The notes under the pieces were generated by a model. That model did no database searches, was not told where the DNA came from, and saw only the letters and a program-made list of their open reading frames with translations. From Mobula hypostoma (Eukaryota), in NCBI RefSeq assembly GCF_963921235.1, contig NC_086108.1, positions 434,001 to 498,000 of the forward strand: a DNA stretch of 64,000 nt. The letters are read 5' to 3'. Below are positions 11,327 to 23,247 of this stretch, in pieces. Numbering within the stretch: the stretch's first letter is position 1; each line of letters starts with the position of its first letter. The translations under genes were made by a program, and so were the position numbers.

Positions 11327-14300
11327 ACATAGAAACATAGAAACATAGAAAATAGGTGCAGGAGTAGGCCATTCGGCCCTTCGAGCCTGCACCGCCATTT
11401 ATTATGATCATGGCTGATCATCCAACTCAGAACCCCGCCCCAGCCTTCCCTCCATACCCCCTGACCCCCGTAGCCACAAGGGCCATATCTAACTCCCTCT
11501 TAAATATAGCCAATGAACTGGCCTCAACTGTTTCCTGTGGCAGAGAATTCCACAGTTTCACCACTCTCTGTGTGAAGAAGTTTTTCCTAATCTCGGTCCT
11601 AAAAGGCTTCCCCTCTATCCTCAAACTGTGGCCCCTCGTTCTGGACTTCCCTAACATCGGGAACAATCTTCCTGCATCTAGCCTGTCCAATCCCTTTAGG
11701 ATCTTATACGTTTCAATCAGATCCCCCCTCAATCTTCTAAATTCCAACGAGTACAAGCCCAGTTCATCCAGTCTTTCTTCATATGAAAGTCCTGCCATCC
11801 CAGGAATCAATCTGGTGAACCTTCTTTGTACTCCCTCTATGGCAAGGATGTCTTTCCTCAGATTAGGGGACCAAAACTGCACACAATACTCCAGGTGTGG
11901 TCTCACCAAGGCCTTGTACAACTGCAGTAGTACCTCCCTGCTCCTGTACTCGAATCCTCTCGCTATAAATGCCAGCATACCATTCGCCTTTTTCACCGCC
12001 TGCTGTACCTGCATGCCCACTTTCAATGACTGGTGTATAATGACACCCAGGTCGCGTTGCACCTCCCCTTTTCCTAATCGGCCACCATTAAGATAATAAT
12101 CTGTTTTCCTGTTTTTGCCACCAAAGTGGATAACTTCACATTTATCCACATTAAATTGCATCTGCCATGAATTTGCCCACTCACCCAACCTATCCAAGTC
12201 ACTCTGCATCCTCTTAGCATCTTCCTCACAGCTAACACTGCCACCCAGCTTCGTGTCATCCGCAAACTTGGAGATGCTGCATTTAATTCCCTCATCCAAG
12301 TCATTAATATATATTGTAAACAACTGGGGTCCCAGCACTGAGCCTTGTGGTACCCCACTAGTCACCGCCTGCCATTCTGAAAAGGTCCCGTTTATTCCCA
12401 CACTTTGTTTCCTGTCTGCTAACCAATTCTCCACCCACACCAACACCTTACCCCCAATACCGTGTGCTTTAAGTTTGCACACTAATCTCCTGTGTGGGAC
12501 CTTGTCAAAAGCCTTTTCAAAATCCAAATATACCACATCCACTGGTTCTCCCCTATCCACTCTACTAGTTACATCCTCAAAAAATTCTGAGATTCGTCAG
12601 ACATGATTTTCCTTTCACAAATCCATGCTGACTTTGTCCGATCATTTCACCGCTTTCCAAATGTGCTGTTATCACATCCTTGATAACTGACTCCAGCAGT
12701 TTCCCCACCACCGACGTTAGGCTAACCAGTCTATAATTCCCCGGTTTCTCTCTCTCTCCTTTTTTAAAAAGTGGAGTTGCATTAGCCACCCTCCAATCCT
12801 CAGGAACTAGTCCAGAATCTAACGAGTTTTGAAAAATTATCACTAATGCATCCACTATTTCTTGGGCTACTTCCTTAAGCACTCTAGGATGCAGACCATC
12901 TGGCCCTGGGGATTTATCTGCCTTCAATCCCTTCAATTTACCTAATACCACTTCCCTACTAACATGTATTTCGCTCAGTTCCTCCATCTCACTGGACCCT
13001 CTGTCCCCTACTATTTCTGGAAGATTATTTATGTCCTCCTTAGTGAAGACAGAACCAAAGTAATTATTCAATTGGTCTGCCATGTCCTTGCTCCCCATAA
13101 TCAATTCACCTGTTTCTGTCTGTAGGGGACCTACTTTTGTCTTTACCAGTCTTTTCCTTTTTACATATCTATAAAAGCTTTTACAGTCCGTTTTTATGTT
13201 CCCTGCCAGTTTTCTCTCATAATCTTTTTTCCCCTTCCTAATTAAGCCCTTTGTCCTCCTCTGCTGAACTCTGAATTTCTCCCAGTCCTCAGGTGACCCA
13301 CTTTCTCTGGCTAATTTGTATGCTTCTTCTTTGGAATTGATACTATCCCTAATTTCTCTTCTCAGCCACGGGTGCACTACCTTCCTTGATTTATTCTTTT
13401 GCCAAACTGGGATGAACAATTGTTGTAGTTCATCCATGCAACCTTTAAATGCTTGCCATTGCATATCCACCGTCAATCCTTTAAGTGTCATTTGCCAGTC
13501 TATCTTAGCTAATTCACGTCTCATACCTTCAAAGTTACCCCTCTTTAAGTTCAGAACCTTTGTTTCTGAATTAACTATGTCACTCACCATCTTAATGAAG
13601 AATTCCACCATATTATGGTCACTCTTACCCAAGGGGCCTCTCAGGACAAGATTGCTAATTAACCCTTCCTCATTGCTCAAAACCCAGTCCAGAATAGCCT
13701 GCTCTCTAGTTGGTTCCTCGACATGTTGGTTTAAAAAACCATCCCGCATACATTCCAAGAAATCCTCTTCCTCAGCACCTTTACCAATTTGGTTCACCCA
13801 ATCTACATGTAGATTGAAGTCACCCATTATAACTGCTGTTCCTTTATTGCACACATTTCTAATTTCCTGTTTAATACCATCTCCGACCTCACTACTACTG
13901 TTAGGTGGCCTGTACACAACTCCCACCAGCGTCTTCTGCCCCTTAGTGTTACGCAGCTCTACCCATATCAATTCCACATCTTCCCGGCTTATGTCCTTCC
14001 TTTCTATTGCGTTAATCTCTTCTTTAACCAGCAACGCCACCCCACCTCCCCTTCCTTCATGTCTATCCCTCCTGAATATTGAATATCCCTGAACGTTGAG
14101 CTCCCATCCCTGGTCACCCTGGAGCCATGTCTCTGTGATCCCAACTATATCATAATCATTAATAACAATTTGCACTTTCAATTCATCCACCTTATTACGA
14201 ATGCTCCTTGCATTGACACACAAAGCCTTCAGGCGCTCTTTTACAACTCTCTTAGCCCTTATACAATTATGTTGAAAAGTGGCCCTTTTTAATGCTTGCC

Positions 14301-15292
14301 CTGGATTTGTCGGCCTGCCACTTTTACTTTTCTCCTTTGTACTTTTTGCTTCTACCCTCACTTTACACCCCTCTGTCTCTCTGCACTGGTTCCCATCCCC
14401 CTGTTGTGAACTAACCTCCTCACGCCTAGCCTCTTTAATTTGATTCCCACCCCCCAACCATTCTAGTTTAAAGTCATCTCAGTAGCCCCCGCTAATCTCC
14501 CTGCCAGGATATTTGTCCCCCTAGGATTCAAGTGTAACCCGTCCTTTTTGTACAGGTCACGCCTGCGCCAAAAGAGGTCCCAATGATCCAAAAACTTGAA
14601 TCCCTGCCCCCTGCTCCAATCCCTCAGCCACGCATTTATCCTCCACCTCATCGCATTCCTACTCTCACTGTCGCGTGGCACAGGCAGCAATCCCGAGATT
14701 ACAACCTTTGCGGTCCTTTTTCTCAACTCCCTTCCTCGCTCCCTATATTCTCCTTTCAGGACCTCATCCCTTTTCCTACCTATGTCATTGGTACCTATAT
14801 GTACCACGACCTCTGGCTCCTCATCCTCTCACTTCAGGATATCTTGGACACGATCAGAAATATCCCGGACCCTGGCACCAGGGAGGCAAACTCCATCCGG
14901 GTCTCTGGACTGCGTCCACAGAATTGCCTATCTGACCCCCTTACTATTGAGTCCCCTATCACAACTGCCCTCCTCTTCCTTGCCCTACCCTTCTGAGCTA
15001 CAGGGCCAGACTCTGTGCCGGAGGCACGGCCACTGTCGTTTCCCCCGGGTAAGCTGTCCCCCCCAACAGTACTCAAACAGGAGTACCTGTTGTTAAGGGG
15101 CACAGCCACCGGGGTACTCCCTATTACCTGACTTTTCCCCTTCCCCCTCCTAACCGTGACCCACTTGTCTGCCTCCCGTAGCTTCGGCGTGACCACCTGC
15201 CTGCAACTCCTCTCTATCAACTCCTCACTCTCCCTGACCAGATGAAGGTCATTGAGCTGCAGCTCCAGTTCCGTAACGTGGTCCCTTAGGAG
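11327..15292 (-). mobile_element. Near full-length CR1 LINE (subfamily A): ORF1 SGNH esterase plus ORF2 APE-RT, one frameshift in each
   Basis: ORF1 motifs VVIGDSIVRG, HIGTND, DGLH; ORF2 segments of 626 aa and 377 aa; (CATAGAAA)n tail on + at 11327. Confidence 0.96.
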
Positions 15293-16189
15293 ACAATGTG
15301 TAAAATTTGACTATCCCATGTTCTAAAATATCTTACTGATGAAATATCTGAACTTTAGCAGTGCATAACCTTCTCAGTTAAATTTCTTTATCGATTATGA
15401 GAGAATGTCTCTTTGGTTTCCATTCCCTCCCCTTTCTCTTCCCCATTTTTCTCTTCCTGCCCCCTTCCCAAACTCAGTCCACAATAGAGACCCATATCAG
15501 AATCAGGTTTATCATCCCTCACGATGTAATGGAATTTTTTTCATGGCAGCAGTACTGTGCAATACATAAAATCACTGAAGTACTCTGTAAACGTCTTCCA
15601 CACCCTAGCTGTACACACGTGCCTAAGACTTTTGCACAATAGTGTGTGCACTTTGATAATATATTTACTTTGAACTTTGAACATGAAGTTTCTTAATTGT
15701 CCTTATTATATCTGTATATTGTCAAAGATAGATGGGAGTAGAAGCTGTCCTTGAACCTTGTGGCACATGTTCTTGGGCTTTTGCATTTCCTACTGGATGG
15801 GAGAGGGGATAAGAAAGAATGTGGGAGAGGTCTTTGGTCTGCTTGCTGCTCTACTGAGGCAGTGAGAAGCGTAGACAGAGTCCATATTGGTGAAGTTGAA
15901 TTTGGCGCTGTATTCATAACACCCTGCATTTTCCTGCAAGATGATAATGAGGTAGATTGTGAGGTCATGGCCGGTTTGTTGTCGTACAAGAGGCTGGTTT
16001 CCATGGTGTGCTGAGCCGTTTCCACAGCACTCTTTATTTTCTTGTGGAGGTCACGAGCGAGATCATAATGAGGTAGATTATGAGGTCATGAGTCCATCTG
16101 TTAACTGCAAAGTTGGCGAAGACCATCGCAGAGGTCTCTTTCTCCCTGGAATATCATTTCCAGTTCTTAAGTATTCCTTCGGGTCAGGC

Positions 16190-16903
16190 ATGCAGCTTCA
16201 TGTTTCACGGATGCTTCCTGTGCTGGTGGTTCTCGGACTGTCGGCGGGCGGGGCTGCCATTGCCTTCAGCTGGTGGGCCTGCCAGAAGTTCATCAGGAAG
16301 GGCCCCCAATCTGGGGCAGCCAATCCTAGAACTAGCACCAACCAGCTAGAAGATTGTGGTGAGGATGAAGGAAAGGAGCAAGGAGCTAGGCCCCAGGAAC
16401 TGGCAGTTAGAAGGCTAAGGTCCAAGCCAGCTGTCGGGCACTTACTTCAGGGGGTAGCTCGTCCAAAGAGGAAGCCAGTGGCTGAACAATGGTTTACTGG
16501 GAATGGGAGAGTGAAAAACAGAAAGGTGAGCCAAGCAACCATCAAGGATGAGCAGGAATGGAATGACGAAGAGAGACTGCGCGCTGAGCTGGATGTCACC
16601 AGATATGTTCAGCTGAGTGGGGAAATGAAGTCGGAAGGTGAGAGACCAGAAAGTCAACAAAAGGGGTCTGTGGGGAAGAGATCAGCCAAGGAGATGGAGC
16701 GATCAACGAGATCACGACAAAAAAGAGGACAGCAACGTGTAGGTCGCAATGCCAGCAGAGATGGGCAAAAAAGTAGACAGGAGCAAGGCAGACTGGTTCC
16801 CAGAGTAAGAGAAGTGGTGTCTGAAGATGGGGAAAAGAAATCAACGAGTTGGAAAGAGGAGTCCCTGGATCTGGTAAAAAAACACAGAAGTCTGGAATCC
16901 TAA
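16190..16903 (+). CDS. Orphan ORF with an N-terminal hydrophobic anchor and a charged low-complexity body; possibly a first exon of the PLC-delta gene
   Basis: Within a stop-free 945-nt frame (15959-16903); MLPVLVVLGLSAGGAAIAFSWWAC followed by an R/K/E/Q/S-rich region; no TE motif recognised. Confidence 0.4.
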   Translation: MQLHVSRMLPVLVVLGLSAGGAAIAFSWWACQKFIRKGPQSGAANPRTSTNQLEDCGEDEGKEQGARPQELAVRRLRSKPAVGHLLQGVARPKRKPVAEQWFTGNGRVKNRKVSQATIKDEQEWNDEERLRAELDVTRYVQLSGEMKSEGERPESQQKGSVGKRSAKEMERSTRSRQKRGQQRVGRNASRDGQKSRQEQGRLVPRVREVVSEDGEKKSTSWKEESLDLVKKHRSLES

Positions 16904-17009
16904 TTCTGGTGGAGCTGAGGAAGGTACAAGTGGTAGTATAAATAGATCTGTCCATGTGTGTATGAGAGAGAGAGTCTGAGAGATTAAATGTATAGGCAAA
17001 TTTAATATA

Positions 17010-17460
17010 AAATACAGTCAGTGGTTTCTTGTAGCCACTGAGCGTATGTTCAAAGTCTTCTGCTACTGTAGTGCACTCACTTCATGTTGTGCAGTTAGAG
17101 ATGTACTCCACATTGTAACGTGTGATTTTCTGAGTGTCTTCTGCCTTCCTGTCAGTTTGAACTAGCCATTCTCCTCTGATATCTTTCGATTTTTGCCCAC
17201 AGAACTGTTGTTCACTGGATAGTTGTTTTGTTGTGCTTGAAAATCCCAAGAGATCAGCAGTTTCTGAGATAATCAAACCACCCCTTCTGGCACCAACAAT
17301 CAATTAATGGTCAAACTTGCTCAGATCACATTTCTTCCCCATTCGGATGTTTGGTCCAAACAAAACTGAACCTCTTGGCCATGTCTGCATGCTCTTATAC
17401 ACTGATTTACTGCCATCTAGTTGATTGATTCTATATTTGCATTAATAGCAGTTGTACAAA
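17010..17460 (-). mobile_element. Tc1-like non-autonomous remnant
   Basis: IVGARRGGLIISETADLLGFS resembles the Tc1 N-terminal HTH; same family as 21408-21901. Confidence 0.6.
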
Positions 17461-17692
17461 GTGTCAGATGGTTTTTGTTGTATATTTAATATTTGAGTAA
17501 TATTATAATTATATTGTTGGATAAGCATTCTTTGTTCATTGAAGTAATTCATTATGGGTTATATATGTAAATCTGAATTATATATGTCACCACACTGCCC
17601 ATGATATGTGCACACCTTGCTTAAAATAAAGTCAATGTGAGACTCCTGTGACTTCCTCTGATTTAGCTTAATGTTTTGAAGTCGCAAAAAAC

Positions 17693-18080
17693 TTGAGTCT
17701 AGAAGAATGAGGGGGGATCTCATTGAAACCTATCGAATGTTGAAAGGCTAGATAGAGTGGACGTGGACAGGATGTTTCCAATAGTGGGAGAGCCCAAGAC
17801 CAGAGAGGAGAGCCTCAGAGTAGAAGGGCAGACCTGTAGAACAGAGGAGGAATTTCTTCAGCCAGAAGATGGTGAATCTGTGGCGTACTCTGCCACAGAT
17901 GGCTATGGAGGCCAAATAATTGGGTATATTTGAAGCAAAGGTTGATAGTTTTTTGATTAGTAAGTGCTTCAAAGCTTAGAGCAATAAGGTAAAAGAATCG
18001 GGTTGAGAAGTATAATAAATCAGCCATGATGGATTGGCAGAGCAGACTTGATGGCCAAATTCTGCTACTATATATTGTGC
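17693..18080 (+). mobile_element. CR1 3' end fragment
   Basis: RRMRGDLIETY...FFSQKMVNLW-like sequence followed by a CR1 3' UTR. Confidence 0.75.
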
Positions 18081-18225
18081 TGAATTGACTTTGTGGACCC
18101 TAAATGGAAATCAGTTGTTGTATTTGTTTATAACACAATCATCACTATGTTTCAAAACATCACGTGCAGAATACTGGAGGAACTCGGCAGGACAGTCAGC
18201 ATCTATGGAGAGGAATAAAGAGTTG

Positions 18226-20360
18226 ATATCTCATGTTGACAGCACATGGGATGATGTTTTTGCAGGGAAATGTACCATGGACATGTGGACGATGTTTAGA
18301 GATCTCTGGCCAGATGTTAGGGATAAATTTGTCCCGGTGAGGAAGATAAAGAATGGTAGGGTGAAGGAACCATGGGTGACAAGTGAGGTGGAAAATCTAG
18401 TCAGGTGGAAGAAGGCAGCATACATGAGGTTGAGGAAGCAGGGATCAAATGGGTCTATTGAGGAATATAGGGTAGCAAGAAAGGAGCTTAAGAAGGGGCT
18501 GAGAAGAGCAAGAAGGGGGCATGAGAAGGCCTTGGCGAGTAGGGTAAAGGAAAACCCCAAGGCATTCTTCAATTATGTGAAGTGAAAAAGGATGACAGGA
18601 GTGAAGGTAGGACCGATTAGAGATAAAGGTGGGAAGATATGCCTGGAGGCTGTGGAAGTGAGCGAGGTCCTCAATGAATACTTCTCTTCGGTATTCACCA
18701 ATGAGAGGGAACTTGATGATGGTGAGGACAATATGAGTGAGGTTGATGTTCTGGAGCATGTTGATATTAAGGGAGAGGAGGTGTTGGAGTTGTTAAAATA
18801 CATTAGGACGGATAAGTCCCCAGGGCCTGACGGAATATTCCCCAGGCTGCTCCACGAGGCGAGGGAAGAGATTGCTGAGCCTCTGACTAGGATCTTTATG
18901 TCCTCGTTGTCCATGGGAATGGTACCGGAGGATTGGAGGGAGGTAAATGTTGTCCCCTTGTTCAAAAAGGTAGTAGGGATAGTCCGGGTAATTATAGACT
19001 AGTGAGCCTTACGTCTGGGGTGGGAAAGATGTTGGAAAAGATTCTTAGAGATAGGATCTGTGGGCATTTAGAGAATCATGGTCTGATCAGGGACAGTCAA
19101 CGTGGCTTTGTGAAGGGCAGATCGTGTCTGACAAGCCTGATAGAGTTCTTTGAGGAGGTGAGCAGGCATATAGATGAGGATTGTGCAGTGGATGTGATCT
19201 ACATGGATTTTTTAGTAAGGCATTTGACAAGGTTCTACACGGTAGGCTTATTCAGAAAGTCAGAAGGCATGGGATCCAGGGAAGTTTGGCCAGGTGGATT
19301 CAGAATTGGCTTGCCTGCAGAAGGCAGAAGGTGGTGGTGGAGGGATTACATTCAGATTGGAGGATTGTGACTAGTGGTGTCCCACAAGGATCTGCTCTGG
19401 GACCTCTACTTTTCCAAATTTTTATTAACGACCTGGATGTAGGGGTAGAAGGGTGGGTTGGCAAGTTTGCAGACGACACAAAGGTTGGTGGTGTTGTAGG
19501 TAGTGTCGAGGATTGTCGAAGATTGCAGAGAGACATTGATAGGATGCAGAAGTGGGCTGAGAAGTGGCAGATGGAGTTCAACCAGGAGAAGTTGAGGTGG
19601 TACACTTTGGAAGGACAAACTCCAAGGCAGAGTACAAAGTAAATGGCAGGATACTTGGTAGTGTGGAGGAGCAGAGGGATCTGGGGGTACATGTCCACAG
19701 TCCCCTGAAAGTTGCCTCACAGGTGGATAGGGTGGTTAAGAAAGCTTATGGGGTGTTAGCTTTCATAAGTCGAGGGATAGAGTTTAAGAGTCGCGATGTA
19801 ATGATGCAGCTCTATAAAACACTGGTTAGGCCACACTTGGAGTACTGTGTCCTGTCTGGTCGCCTCACTATAGGAAGGATGTGGAAGCATTGGAAAGGGT
19901 ACAGAGGAGATTCACCAGGATGATACCTGGTTTAGAGAGTATGCATTATGATCAGAGGTTAAGGGAACTAGGGCTTTACTCTTTGCAGAGAAGGAGGATG
20001 AGAGGAGACATGATAGATGTGTACAAGATAATAAGAGGAATAGATAGAGCGGATAGCCAGCGCCTCTTCCCCAGGGCACCACTGCTCAATACAAGAGGAC
20101 CTGGGTTTAAGGTAAGGGGTGGGAAGTTCAAGGGGGATATTAGAGGAAGGTTTTTTACTCAGAGAGTGGTTGGTGCGTGGAATGCACTGCCTGAGTCAGT
20201 GGTGGAGGCAGATACACTAGAGAAGTTTAAGAGACTACTAGACAGGTATATGGAGGAATTTAAGGTGGGGGGGTTATATGGGAGGCAGGGTTTGAGGGTC
20301 AGCACAACATTGTGGGCCAAAGGGCCTGTGCTGTGCTGTACTATTCTATGTTCTATGTTT
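18226..20360 (+). mobile_element. 5'-truncated CR1 LINE (subfamily B) RT region
   Basis: KSPGPDG, SGVPQGSALGP, KFADD and WNALP motifs; tail ctattctatgttctatg. Confidence 0.93.
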
Positions 20361-20448
20361 TATGCCCACCCCATCCAATTCCCATTCACTGCCCCAGCCC
20401 TGCATCCTCTATTTTTCAGCCTGATGTATCCTCTGTTTTCCTCAGAAG

Positions 20449-20613
20449 GCATCATGGAGGATGAAGATATCAAGGCTATGCTCAGAGGATGCTCCATGCT
20501 GAAGATCAAGTCTAGCTCATGGATTAAGCCCCGGTTTTACAAGCTCCTGGTGGACTGTAACACAGTTTGGTACAATTCGCAAAAGATCCTGAGGACAGCC
20601 AGAAGCAAAATCT
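20449..20613 (+). CDS. PLCD3: Phospholipase C delta-like gene, PH-domain exon (N-terminal half)
   Basis: GIMEDEDIKAMLRGCSMLKIKSSSWIKPRFYKLLVDCNTVWYNSQKILRTARSKI matches the PLC-delta PH start. Polypyrimidine tract plus CAG/AAG tandem acceptor (exon start 20446 or 20449); donor GTGAGT at 20614; phase 1 on both sides. The paralogue (D3 vs D1) is uncertain. Confidence 0.85.
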
Positions 20614-20874
20614 GTGAGTTTGTACAGGTGTTGGAGGAATGGTGGGACAGGGACTGTGTTTAAAGGCAGTCCAACAATGCAAGTGATTACTCCTGGTACG
20701 GCACCATGCTGATACCAGTAGAGTTGCTGCTTCAAGGCACCAGTGACCTGCTTTCTATCTTTTAGTTATTTTATTTATGTTATTTTATTTAGAGATACAA
20801 TGGGGACAGGCCCTTCCAGCACAGTCAGTTGCATTGTCCAGCAACCCACCCATTTAACGCTAGGCTAATCACGG

Positions 20875-21056
20875 AACAATTTATAAAGACAAATTAACTT
20901 ACTAACCAGTACATCTTTTGACTGTGGGTAGAAACCAGAGCATCCAGAGGAAATCCACGCACTCACGGGAAGAACTCCCTACAGATAGCATGGGAATTGA
21001 ACTCCAGACGGTGACCTTCCAAGCTGTAATAATGTCGCTCTAACCACTGCGCTACT
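20875..21056 (-). mobile_element. tRNA-derived SINE remnant (V-SINE/HE1-like)
   Basis: Minus strand GTAGCGCAGTGGTTAGAGC A-box and GAGTTCAATTCC B-box; similar sequence at about 37860-38005. Confidence 0.55.
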
Positions 21057-21407
21057 CTGACTTTTGATCTGTCTGTGTGGAGTTTGCACCTTGTCCCTAT
21101 CACCATTTGTATTTTGCCCAGGAAGTTTGCATTTCCTCACATTTATTATTGTCACGGGACGAGGTACTGTGAAAAGCTTTGTTTTGCAATAATCATTTTG
21201 CATTAAAATAGACTTCTTTTAAAAATTGTGTTCTTTCTTGAACAGATTGTATCTAATTTTATTTTCTTATGAATAATGCTGAAAGTAAGTTTTTCACTGC
21301 ACCTGTACACACATATGACGATATCAATGACTTTGACTTTGACAGATATGCATATTATTTAGAACCCAAGTATGTTGAAGTATTACAATAACAGAGTTCT
21401 GAATATA

Positions 21408-21901
21408 CACTCAGAGGCCACTTTATTAGGTACAATTGTACGTTAATACAAATGACTAATCAGCCAATCACGAGGCAGCAACTCAATGGATTAAAAACAT
21501 GCAGATATGGTAAAGAGTTTCAGTTGTTGTTCAAACCAAACATCAGAATGGTGAAGAAATGTGATCTTAGTGACTTTGACAGTGGAATGATTTTTGGTGC
21601 CAGATGGTATGGTTTGAGTATCTCCGAATCTGCTGATCTTAAAGGTGGCGAGAAACCCAAAAAATAACATCCAGTGAACATCAGTTCTGAGGGAGAAACT
21701 ACCTTGTTAATGAGAGAGGTCAGAGGGGAATGGCCAGACTGGAAAGCTGACAGTCACTCAAATAATCACGTCACAACAGTGAAGAGCATCTCTGAATGCC
21801 CATGTTGAACCTTGAGGTAGACAGGCAGAAGACAACAAACATACGGTCTGTGACCACTTTATTGCCATACGGGAGATACCTAATGGAGTGGCTACCGAGT
21901 G
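21408..21901 (+). mobile_element. Tc1/mariner non-autonomous element
   Basis: TA-flanked degenerate TIRs CACTCAGAGGCCACTTTATTAGGTA / TACCTAATGGAGTGGCTACCGAGTG; internal GMIFGARWYGLSISESADL. Confidence 0.7.
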
Positions 21902-22279
21902 TATTTGTCACATGTACATCATAACATACAGTGAATACATTTTGCATCAAGTCAAGTCAGATGGAGATCAAAAGTACATCCTTACTGCATGATGGGTCTT
22001 TGCAGGAACCTTATAGCAGTGGATTCAAAATTGTCCTTGAGTCTGTCCTCATATTCTGGAGCTATTATATCTTCTGTCCAATGGGGAAGGATGGGGATCG
22101 GAGGAAGAGAGAATGACAGGTGGGAGGATTCCCTGATGATGTTGGTGACTTTAAAGTCTTGTAGCTTAATTGACCATTGTAAATTGCCCCTAGTGGGTAG
22201 GTGAGGGGTAGAATCTGGGGGGAGTTTAGGTGACTGTGTGGAAGAGGACAAGTAAGTTACTTGTGAAGAATAGGAATAG

Positions 22280-22765
22280 AAAGTATGTGTGTGAGGTTGG
22301 TGTTCTGTACTGGGTGTTGGGTGTTGGATGTGGGATGTCCAGGAGACTCCCAGCCTCTCAGATGACCACATCTGTGCCAGATGTGTCAAGCTGCAGCTCC
22401 TTAGGGATCACGTTAGGAAATTGGAGATGCAGCTCAATGACCTTCGTCTGGTCAGGGAAAGTGAGGAGGTGATAGAGAGGAGCTATAAGCAAGTAGTCAC
22501 ACGAGGGCCTCGGGAGACAGATAAGCGGGTAACAGTCGGGAGAAGGAAGGGCAAGAGTCAGTGGCTAGAAAACACCCCTGTGGCTGTCCTCCTTAACAAT
22601 AAGTGCTCCTGTTTGAGTGCTGTTGGGGGGGATGAGCTACCTGGGGGAATCAACAGTGGCCACACCTCTGCAACAGAATCTGGCCCTGTGGCTCAGAAGA
22701 GTAGGGAAAGGAAGAGAATGGCAGTAGTGATAAGGGACTATATAGTTAGAGGGTCAGACAGGCAG
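22280..22765 (+). mobile_element. CR1 ORF1 fragment (Cys-rich N-terminus and coiled coil)
   Basis: MWDVQET...HICARCVKLQLLRDHVRKLE...VVIRDYIVRGSDR. Confidence 0.8.
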
Positions 22766-23018
22766 AAAAGGAACCTTTCAGAAAGGTTCAATTGGTCATT
22801 GTAAATTGTCCATCAGTAAGTTGTTGGGTGATGTGGCTCACTGGGCCGGAAGGATCTGTTCCGCACTATATTGCTAAATAAATATTTAAATAACAGTTTG
22901 TGTTTGTCGTTCTGGATTTCCAGCACCAGCAGAATTTCCTATGATTATGAATCTGTGTCTGAATCCTTTATTCTGATCTCTGCCTCTCTGTTACTCCCCA
23001 CCCCCTGACCCACTGCAG

Positions 23019-23247
23019 TCCTGATTGACAACATCCAGGAGGTGAGGCCGGGTCACCAGTCAGACAGCATGCAGCTGTACGCCGACCAAATGCCCGTCAA
23101 CTGCTGCTTTACCATCGTCTTTAAGTGCTGCAGGAGGAACTTGGACCTGGTGGTCCCTGATGCCAAGATGGCCTGGCATTGGATTAACGGACTCACCAAG
23201 CTCAGGGACAAAGACTTTGTCGTGAAGAGACAGCACGTGCACCAGCA
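23019..23247 (+). CDS. PLCD3: Phospholipase C delta-like gene, second PH-domain exon (3' boundary uncertain)
   Basis: CTGCAG acceptor; joins the previous exon in frame (T|TC = Phe); LIDNIQEVRPGHQSDSM...CFTIVFKCCRRNLDLVVP...WINGLTKLR. Confidence 0.85.

Noticed and set aside
19881..20663. Apparent CR1 RT-PLC PH fusion ORF of 260 aa
   Set aside because: Chance frame continuity across the intron; the PLC part has its own splice acceptor at 20445/20448
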